Shown: in pieces, positions 57,514 to 64,000 of the stretch
Layout of the letters: the number at the start of each line of letters is the position of its first letter
Position numbering within the stretch: position 1 is the first letter of the stretch
NCBI GenBank assembly: GCA_035625915.1
Contig: DASPOR010000117.1
Coordinates: forward strand, 3,700-67,699
Length of the DNA: 64,000 nt
Reading direction: 5' to 3'
DNA from: Alphaproteobacteria bacterium
GTDB lineage: Bacteria > Pseudomonadota > Alphaproteobacteria > JACZXZ01
Notes under the pieces: model-generated
The model's database searches: none
Seen by the model: the letters and a program-made list of their open reading frames with translations, nothing else
What the model was told of the DNA's origin: nothing
Translations under genes and position numbers: made by a program

Positions 57514-57996
57514 ATGCAGCCGTTACGGATCAGACCGGCCCGAGCGGATGAAGCGGACGATTTGACGGCACTCTGCGTCCAATCCAAGGCATACTGGGGT
57601 TATGACGCCAATTTTATGAGGCTGTCGGCGGTTGCCCTGGCGGTGACGCCATCGATGATCGACGAGGGGTGCGTCCTGGTTGCCGAGGATCTGCATTCTC
57701 GGTTGGTCGGGGTAGCGGCCGTCGCGCGCGTAAGCGAAGACGGCAAATTCGATCTTGCACGCCTGTTCGTCCTGCCTTCCGCATTCGGCATTGGAATCGG
57801 GCGGGCACTTTTCGAGGCCGCGGTTGCGCTTGCGGCGCGCCAAGGGGGTGCCTCCTTGCTGATCCTCTCCGATCCGTTCGCGGAAGCCTTCTACGAGCGG
57901 CTCGGTGCCGTGAAGATCGGCGATGCACCTTCGGACGCTATACCGGGACGTCGGCTGCCCCTTCTCGAATACGCGATCCCAAATCGGCGGATATAA
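57514..57996 (+). CDS. GNAT family N-acetyltransferase
   Basis: Acetyl-CoA-binding motif region (FVLPSAFGIGIGRALFEAAV). Confidence 0.75.
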   Translation: MQPLRIRPARADEADDLTALCVQSKAYWGYDANFMRLSAVALAVTPSMIDEGCVLVAEDLHSRLVGVAAVARVSEDGKFDLARLFVLPSAFGIGIGRALFEAAVALAARQGGASLLILSDPFAEAFYERLGAVKIGDAPSDAIPGRRLPLLEYAIPNRRI

Positions 57997-58023
57997 ACGG
58001 CCTTACTGCGCCGCGTCGATTGG

Positions 58024-58329
58024 TTAAATCGGCACCTCGGCAAATCCGCGCCGCCGCTGTCGCGAAGTGCGCTCGCGACGGGGATCCCCGCCATGCCCGG
58101 CATGGGCATGGCCGTCATCGGTCGCGGCGGCACGAAAATAGCTCACAATGAAAACACGGATCGCCGCCGTGAGGCTCGATCCGTGGCGCTGAGCGTCGAT
58201 CAGGGATGCGACCTCACCGATCGACCGGCCCTCGCGCCGCGCAATTTCCTGGAGCGCCTCCCACATTTCGGGCTCGAGGCGAATGCTCGTGCGGCGCCCT
58301 GATATCATGACGTTGCGGCTTTGCAGCAT
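58024..58329 (-). CDS. ribbon-helix-helix domain protein
   Basis: RTSIRLEPEMWEALQEIARREGRSIGEVASLID is a classic RHH/Arc-MetJ-like N-terminus. The start is taken at MLQSRNV. Confidence 0.5.
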   Translation of the reverse strand: MLQSRNVMISGRRTSIRLEPEMWEALQEIARREGRSIGEVASLIDAQRHGSSLTAAIRVFIVSYFRAAATDDGHAHAGHGGDPRRERTSRQRRRGFAEVPI

Positions 58330-58493
58330 CTGCGTCCCATTCACTCCTGCGCGCGGACGTCCTCGTTCGGGTGAGTCAGGGAGGGCTGCCAACCACCCCC
58401 ATTGCCTTGATCGGACCTCAGCGCCCACTCTCGTGGCATCAATATATTGGAAATGTCCGTTTTATTGGGCGATGAGCGATTTCGCCAATCCGC

Positions 58494-58784
58494 TCAACGC
58501 CCTGGGCCGCGCGCCGCCGCCTCCGCGGGCGTGAGTGTCTGAAGCGATAGCGCGTGAATGTCACTCTTGAGATCGTCGGCAAGTATCTCGTAAATGAGGC
58601 GTTGGCGGGCAACACGGGGACGACCCTCGAACGCGGTGGACACGATCTCCAGCCGGAAATGCGTCTCACCCTCGGGCCGCGCGCCTGCGTGGCCCGCGTG
58701 ACGATGGGACTCGTCGAGGATCTCGAGGCGCTCCGGACGGAGCGCTTCATTGAGCTTCGCCTTGATTCGCGCCGCCACGCGCAT
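58494..58784 (-). CDS. bolA: BolA family protein
   Basis: LDESHRHAGHAG...THFRLEIVSTAFEG BolA signature. The start is taken at MRVAARIKAKL. Confidence 0.75.
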   Translation of the reverse strand: MRVAARIKAKLNEALRPERLEILDESHRHAGHAGARPEGETHFRLEIVSTAFEGRPRVARQRLIYEILADDLKSDIHALSLQTLTPAEAAARGPGR

Positions 58785-58899
58785 GGCTGCCTCCTGAAAT
58801 TGAAGCACCTTGTCGCCAAAGGGGAAGTGATACGGTTTGGCCAAACGTCAACTCGCCAGACTATATTCCGGCCGTCCGCACCTTCGAACCCAATCCTCC

Positions 58900-59784
58900 A
58901 TGTCGCGCCGAAACGCCGTACTCGTGTTCATTGCCCTGATCCTGATATGGGGCGTCAATTGGCCGATCATGAAAGTCGGGCTCACGCATATTTCGCCCGG
59001 CTGGTTCACTTCGTTGCGAATGCTCCTCTCGATACCCTGCCTTTTCGCCATTTTGTTCGCGCAGGGCCGCGCGAGGCTCCCCGCGTCCCAGGATGTCCCG
59101 GTTCTTCTCTCCGTGGGGCTCCTGCAGATGGCGCTCTTCATGGGGCTGACCAACTTCGCACTTCAGCGCGTGCCGGCCGGCCGCGGCGCCATACTCGCCT
59201 ATGCCACCCCTCTTTTTGTGACGCCGCTTGCGGCCATCTTCCTCAAGGAGCGCATGACGACACTCAAGCTTCTCGGCGTTGCGTTGGGGATGCTGGGCGT
59301 CGTCGCACTTTTCAATCCGTGGAGCTTCGATTGGAGCGACGGGCGCATCGTGCTCGGCAACGGCTTGTTGATGTTGGCGGCATTCCTTTGGGCGGTTTGT
59401 ATCGTCCACGTGCGGCGCCATCGCTGGTATGGCACAACGCTCGAACTCATGCCGTGGCAAATGGCGGTCGGTGCCGTACCGCTTGTCATTTTCGCCTACT
59501 TTCACGAGGGCCCGCTGCACATCGACTGGTCGACGGCGCTTGGGTTGATTCTTTTCTATAACGGCCCGATCGCCGCCGCATTCGGCTTTTGGGCATCGGT
59601 CACGGTTAACAAGAGCTTACCGGCAACGACGCTCTCGCTCGGCTTCCTCGGCGTGCCGCTTACGGGTGCGATTACCGCGGCCATTGCGCTCGGCGAGCCG
59701 CTGACCGCAACGCTCCTCACCGGGCTCGTTCTCATCCTGGGTGGGGTCGGCATCACCGCACTTGCGGACCGGCGCACCGCATGA
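58900..59784 (+). CDS. DMT-superfamily (EamA-like) transporter
   Basis: Ten TM helices in two EamA repeats. The start is taken at MSRRNAVLVFIALI. Confidence 0.75.
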   Translation: MSRRNAVLVFIALILIWGVNWPIMKVGLTHISPGWFTSLRMLLSIPCLFAILFAQGRARLPASQDVPVLLSVGLLQMALFMGLTNFALQRVPAGRGAILAYATPLFVTPLAAIFLKERMTTLKLLGVALGMLGVVALFNPWSFDWSDGRIVLGNGLLMLAAFLWAVCIVHVRRHRWYGTTLELMPWQMAVGAVPLVIFAYFHEGPLHIDWSTALGLILFYNGPIAAAFGFWASVTVNKSLPATTLSLGFLGVPLTGAITAAIALGEPLTATLLTGLVLILGGVGITALADRRTA

Positions 59785-59900
59785 AGACATGCGTCAATTT
59801 GAAAGACACATTTTTGAAAGATATGGGCGCTTCGCCTGCCTGAGTCGTCTTTTCTTGCCCGAGGCTTGTCTCGCACTGGCCGGCACCCCATACTGAGATC

Positions 59901-60458
59901 ATGGATCGCGCACTACATCTCGATATCGATCCCTGGGCGGCCGAGGCAAGGCCGCATCTGCGCCGTTGCGACCATCCGGAATGCACATCGGCCGGTGAAT
60001 ATCGTGCACCCAAGGATCGCCTTCGGCTGCACGAATATTTCTGGTTCTGCCTCGATCACGTCCGCCAATACAATCTGAGCTGGAACTACTTTCAGGGCAT
60101 GAACGAGCGCGAGATCGAGCTTATCCGCCGTCGCGACACCGTGTGGGACCGGCCGACTTGGCGCCTCGGCGGAACGATGCCCCATAAGGTGCGCGATTAC
60201 TTCGACCTTTTCGACGATGACGGGGCCGAGGAAAGGCGAGCGAACGAGCGCAAATCCTATCCTTTGACGGCGGAAGGTCAGGCCCTCGCCGTCCTGGAAT
60301 TGACCGGCCCCGTGACGTTGCACGAGGTCAAGGCACGCTACAAGGAGCTGGTGAAACGCCACCATCCCGACACGAACGGCGGCGACAAAGAGGCCGAGGA
60401 GCGCCTGAAATTGATCAATCAGGCGTACACCACCTTGAAAAACACCATGCTCGCGTGA
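59901..60458 (+). CDS. J-domain protein with N-terminal Cys-rich region (C-terminal J domain, HPD motif)
   Basis: C-terminal J domain [14 protein letters not shown]...[12 protein letters not shown]-terminal CDHPEC...FCLDH. Located immediately upstream of cobS/cobT. Confidence 0.7.
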   Translation: MDRALHLDIDPWAAEARPHLRRCDHPECTSAGEYRAPKDRLRLHEYFWFCLDHVRQYNLSWNYFQGMNEREIELIRRRDTVWDRPTWRLGGTMPHKVRDYFDLFDDDGAEERRANERKSYPLTAEGQALAVLELTGPVTLHEVKARYKELVKRHHPDTNGGDKEAEERLKLINQAYTTLKNTMLA

Positions 60459-60495
60459 TAGCGATTGCACCCCCCTCAACCGCTGGAATGGTTCG

Positions 60496-61500
60496 ATGAT
60501 TGCGAAAAGCCCAACGGGGGCACTCGAGTCCCCGCCTATCGGCAACCCGGATATCAGGGTCTCCGTGCGGCAGACCTTCGGGATCGACTTCGATATGGAC
60601 GTCCCCGCGTTCAGCCAGCCGACCGAGCTCGTGCCCGACCTCGACGAGGTCTACGTTTTCGACCGCGACACCACGCTCTCGATTCTCGCGGGCTTTGCCT
60701 ATAACCGCCGCGTCATCATCCAGGGCTATCACGGTACCGGCAAATCGACTCATATCGAGCAAGTCGCGGCACGGCTCAACTGGCCGTGCATCCGTGTCAA
60801 TCTCGACAGCCATATCAGCCGCATCGACCTCGTGGGCAAGGATGCGATCGTAATCCGCGACGGCAAGCAGGTGACCGAGTTTCGAGAGGGCCTGCTGCCG
60901 TGGGCGCTTCAGCATCCGACGGCCCTCGTGTTCGACGAGTACGACGCCGGGCGCCCGGACGTCATGTTCGTGATCCAGCGCGTGCTCGAGGTTGAGGGCA
61001 AGCTCACGCTCCTCGACCAGAACCGCGTGATCCGCCCCCATCCCGCCTTTCGCCTGTTCGCGACGGCGAACACGATCGGCCTCGGCGACACGACCGGCCT
61101 CTATCACGGCACCCAGCAGATCAATCAGGGCCAGATGGACCGCTGGAACATCGTGGCAACCCTCAACTATCTGCCCCACGACGAGGAGGTGAAGATCATC
61201 ATCGCCAAGGCGCCTTCCTATGACACCGAAGGGGGTAAAAAGACGATTTCGGCGATGGTAGCGCTTGCCGACCTCACGCGGAGCGGCTTCATCGCCGGCG
61301 ACATCTCGACCGTCATGTCGCCGCGCACCGTGATCACCTGGGCCGAGAACGCCGAGATCTTCCACGACATAGCCTTCGGCTTCCGCGTCACGTTCCTCAA
61401 CAAGTGCGACGAGGCGGAACGCGCGATCGTGGCCGAATATTATCAGCGTTGTTTCGGCACCGAGCTCGGCGAGTCGTCCGTCAAGGTGGGCTCGGCCTGA
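60496..61500 (+). CDS. cobS: cobaltochelatase subunit CobS-like AAA+ (MoxR-type) ATPase
   Basis: Walker [10 protein letters not shown], Walker B LVFDEYDA, and the CobS-specific N-terminus ([20 protein letters not shown]). Confidence 0.85.
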   Translation: MIAKSPTGALESPPIGNPDIRVSVRQTFGIDFDMDVPAFSQPTELVPDLDEVYVFDRDTTLSILAGFAYNRRVIIQGYHGTGKSTHIEQVAARLNWPCIRVNLDSHISRIDLVGKDAIVIRDGKQVTEFREGLLPWALQHPTALVFDEYDAGRPDVMFVIQRVLEVEGKLTLLDQNRVIRPHPAFRLFATANTIGLGDTTGLYHGTQQINQGQMDRWNIVATLNYLPHDEEVKIIIAKAPSYDTEGGKKTISAMVALADLTRSGFIAGDISTVMSPRTVITWAENAEIFHDIAFGFRVTFLNKCDEAERAIVAEYYQRCFGTELGESSVKVGSA

Positions 61501-61516
61501 TCGGCCGGGAGCACCG

Positions 61517-63397
61517 ATGTCGGGAGATCGCAGCCAAGACAACCCCCTCGAGGAGTTCCGCCAGATAACGGCGGCGACGATGCGGGCGATCAGCCGCGAG
61601 CCCGAGGTGAGCGTCACCTTCTCCCCGGATCGCCCCTCGCTCGCCGGAACGGCCGCCCGCCTGCCCATGCCCTCGCGCGAGCTGCCACCCGGCGAAGTCG
61701 CGGTCGTGCGCGGCGAAGCCGACAGCTTCGCACTCCGCCTGCGTTACCACGACGCGGCCCTTCACGCAAAGCGCCAGCCCGCCGGCCCTACGGCGCGCGC
61801 GGTCTTCGACACAATCGAGCAGGTGCGCGTCGAGGCGTTGGGTGCTCGCACCATGGCGGGCGTTCAATCGAACCTTGCCGCCGCTCTCGTCGATCAGTGC
61901 CGCCAGCGCGGCTACGCCCGCGTTCACGCCAAGGAAGATGCCCCGATTCCCGACGTGATCGGCCTCCTCGCGCGCGAGGTCCTGATGGGGAACGCGACCC
62001 CACCCGCAGCACGGCGGATGGTCGATTTTTGGCGTTCCTCCCTCGAAAGCAAAGTGAGCCGGGACATCGCCGAGCTCGGCCGCTGCCTCGCCGACCAGGC
62101 GCACTACGCCGACGTGGCGCGCCAGCTCATCCGCGATCTCGAACTCGACGACGAGGACGCCTCCGATAGCGAGCTTGACGACGAAAACGCCGAAGGCGAG
62201 GACGCCTCGGCCGATGCCGACTCGGAAGCGGGCGACAGCGAGGGATCGAGTGCCGCCTCGGGCATGACCCAGGAGGCCCAGGAGGGTGCTTCGCGCGACG
62301 GCAGCGACGCCGACGCCGGAGAGGCCGAGGGCGAGATGATGCCCGGCTCGGGCGACGACGACTCGAGTCGGCCCGGACGCGCCGTCCGGCCGCTCGGCGA
62401 TTTGCGCAACGATCGCAACGAGCCTTATTACCGCGCCTTCACGGCCCAGTTCGACGAGACGGTCGAAGCCGACAAGCTGTGCGACCCACAGGAGTTGGCG
62501 CGGCTCAGGATGCATCTCGACCAGCAGCTTTCCAACCTGCAAGGGGTCATCACGCGGCTCGCCAACCGCCTGCAGCGCAAGTTGCTCGCGAAACAGACGC
62601 GCGCATGGGACTTCAACGTCGAGGAGGGCATTCTCGACACGGCGCGCCTTCACCGCGTTGTCGTCAATCCGGTCTTTCCGCTCTCCTATAAGATCGAGCG
62701 CGAGACCGAGTTCCGCGACACGGTGGTCACACTTCTCATCGACAATTCGGGCTCGATGCGCGGCCGGCCAATCACCGTCGCCGCGATGAGTGCCGACATC
62801 CTCGCGCGCACGCTCGAGCGCTGTGCCGTCAAAGTCGAGATCCTGGGCTTTACCACGCGCGCCTGGAAGGGCGGGCAGGCGCGCGAAAAATGGCTGGCCG
62901 AAGGCAAGCCACCTGGCCCCGGCCGGCTCAACGATCTGCGCCACATCATCTACAAGGCCGGCGACGCGCCCTGGCGGCGGGCGCGCAAAAACCTCGGCCT
63001 CATGCTCCGCGAAGGCATTCTCAAGGAAAACATCGACGGCGAAGCGCTTCTCTGGGCGCACAACCGGCTCATCGCGCGCACGGAGCAGCGCCGCATCCTC
63101 ATGGTGATTTCCGACGGCGCGCCTGTCGACGACTCGACCCTTTCGGTCAATCCGGGCAATTACCTCGAACGGCACCTTCGCGACGTGATCCAGTGGATCG
63201 AGCGCTATTCGCCGGTCGAGCTGGTCGCGATCGGCATCGGCCACGACGTGACGCGTTATTATAGCCGTGCGGTCACGATCGTGGATGCCGAGCAGCTCGG
63301 CGGCACCATGATGGAAAAACTCACCGAGCTCTTTGACGAGCAACAGGCAAAGCCGACACCCGGCCATCAGGTCCGCAAAATCCGCCGCGGACGCTGA
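61517..63397 (+). CDS. cobT: cobaltochelatase subunit CobT-like (acidic linker + C-terminal vWA domain)
   Basis: Asp/Glu-rich central segment ([25 protein letters not shown]) and C-terminal vWA/MIDAS ([11 protein letters not shown]). Confidence 0.85.
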   Translation: MSGDRSQDNPLEEFRQITAATMRAISREPEVSVTFSPDRPSLAGTAARLPMPSRELPPGEVAVVRGEADSFALRLRYHDAALHAKRQPAGPTARAVFDTIEQVRVEALGARTMAGVQSNLAAALVDQCRQRGYARVHAKEDAPIPDVIGLLAREVLMGNATPPAARRMVDFWRSSLESKVSRDIAELGRCLADQAHYADVARQLIRDLELDDEDASDSELDDENAEGEDASADADSEAGDSEGSSAASGMTQEAQEGASRDGSDADAGEAEGEMMPGSGDDDSSRPGRAVRPLGDLRNDRNEPYYRAFTAQFDETVEADKLCDPQELARLRMHLDQQLSNLQGVITRLANRLQRKLLAKQTRAWDFNVEEGILDTARLHRVVVNPVFPLSYKIERETEFRDTVVTLLIDNSGSMRGRPITVAAMSADILARTLERCAVKVEILGFTTRAWKGGQAREKWLAEGKPPGPGRLNDLRHIIYKAGDAPWRRARKNLGLMLREGILKENIDGEALLWAHNRLIARTEQRRILMVISDGAPVDDSTLSVNPGNYLERHLRDVIQWIERYSPVELVAIGIGHDVTRYYSRAVTIVDAEQLGGTMMEKLTELFDEQQAKPTPGHQVRKIRRGR

Positions 63398-63521
63398 GGG
63401 CTGGACGCCCCTCCGCAGCACGACCCATCCGGCAATGCCGGCGTGTTCCCCGCCTCCTCATCGAGCGCGGTACGATTCGATGCCATGCTATGCAGATCGC
63501 CCCGCCTGAGGGTGGGCGATC

Positions 63522-64000
63522 CTATCCGGCGCTGTTTTGAAGCGCGCGTAGTTCCGCCGCAAGGGCGGCAATCGGCTTCTCCCAGTCCTGGTCGGCCTGC
63601 CGGCGGAGCACAACAGCACTTGGAAACCAGGGTAGTTTCCGTCCGCGCATGAGCCACGGCCATCCGGCCGGCGTGGGCGCAAGCACGAAGACCTTTTTCC
63701 CGAGCGCCCCCGCGAGGGCGGCGATCCGACCGGGCGGTGCGACGACGAGATCGCAGCCATCGATGCGTGCCGCCAGTGCGTCGAGATCGGCAGCACCCGG
63801 CCAATGGCCGAGTCGGTCCTGCGGCACCTGCCCATGCGCCTCGATCACCGCCGACGGCTCGGGCTCGAGGCTCGCGAAATCGAATCCCGGGAGATCGAAA
63901 ACCGGCCCGAGGGCTGCGAGCGGCAGGCGGGCCGGATCGCGTGCGGGCCAGCTCGCCTCGCCTCGCCATGCCAGCCCGAGCTTCAGCCCGGCACCGCGCG
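63522..64000 (-). CDS. glycosyltransferase family 9 (heptosyltransferase-like), C-terminal part; the gene continues beyond the window end
   Basis: C-terminal GT9 motifs (DLVVAPPGRIAALAGALGKKVFVL...WPW). The frame stays open upstream to position 64000 when translated by hand. Confidence 0.5.
   Translation of the reverse strand, partial: RGAGLKLGLAWRGEASWPARDPARLPLAALGPVFDLPGFDFASLEPEPSAVIEAHGQVPQDRLGHWPGAADLDALAARIDGCDLVVAPPGRIAALAGALGKKVFVLAPTPAGWPWLMRGRKLPWFPSAVVLRRQADQDWEKPIAALAAELRALQNSAG

Noticed and set aside
1-64000. rRNA, tRNA, tmRNA, RNase P or SRP RNA genes
   Set aside because: Scanning intergenic regions by eye revealed no cloverleaf-like or conserved structural-RNA signatures. 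A covariance-model search (tRNAscan-SE/Infernal) would be needed to exclude small RNAs definitively.

Overview
This is a high-GC alphaproteobacterial chromosomal window, densely coded and mostly housekeeping genes. Part 1, main content: a partial ubiD; pmbA; aqpZ; a YegS-like lipid kinase divergent from a translationally coupled LpxH-like metallophosphoesterase and GT4 glycosyltransferase; a lipid A/Kdo export and assembly cluster (msbA, DUF374 acyltransferase, waaA, lpxK, lpxL); xseA and purD; two class-III nucleotide cyclases, one of them a CHASE2 sensor; tadA, rluB-like, rsmD and mutL; pgi, lspA and ribF; the conserved ppiC-argJ-mutT operon divergent from secA; accA; an AraC/HAD-dehalogenase/FAD-oxidoreductase module; malyl-CoA lyase beside an OFA-family MFS transporter; xerD, a large periplasmic protein, aroK and aroB; and a J-domain protein with cobS and cobT. 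I found no rRNA, tRNA, CRISPR array, transposase or recognisable defence genes. Part 2, hunt: the most striking unexplained structure is a family of about 165-bp two-hairpin repeats bounded by CTAG, resembling a MITE. Four full copies and one half copy sit in intergenic spacers, and in three cases the terminal CTAG supplies the TAG stop codon of the flanking gene (pgi, mutT, secA). One copy lies about 15 bp upstream of the mutL start codon, directly 5' of its GGAGG ribosome-binding site. Other items of note: a roughly 1.2-kb low-GC island holding a single ferritin-like diiron gene directly after lpxL; an inverted-topology cyclase with a periplasmic Pro/Thr-rich tandem-repeat segment and a likely substitution of the transition-state Asn; an unlisted 42-aa small-subunit ORF downstream of the OFA transporter, with SD sequence and terminator; a perfect 13+1+13-bp palindrome upstream of the MaoC dehydratase; and a GC-rich REP-like palindrome next to a repeat remnant. 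Gene starts are often downstream of the first in-frame start of the ORF track, which also allows GTG/TTG; I give the start I consider most likely and flag uncertainty in the evidence text.
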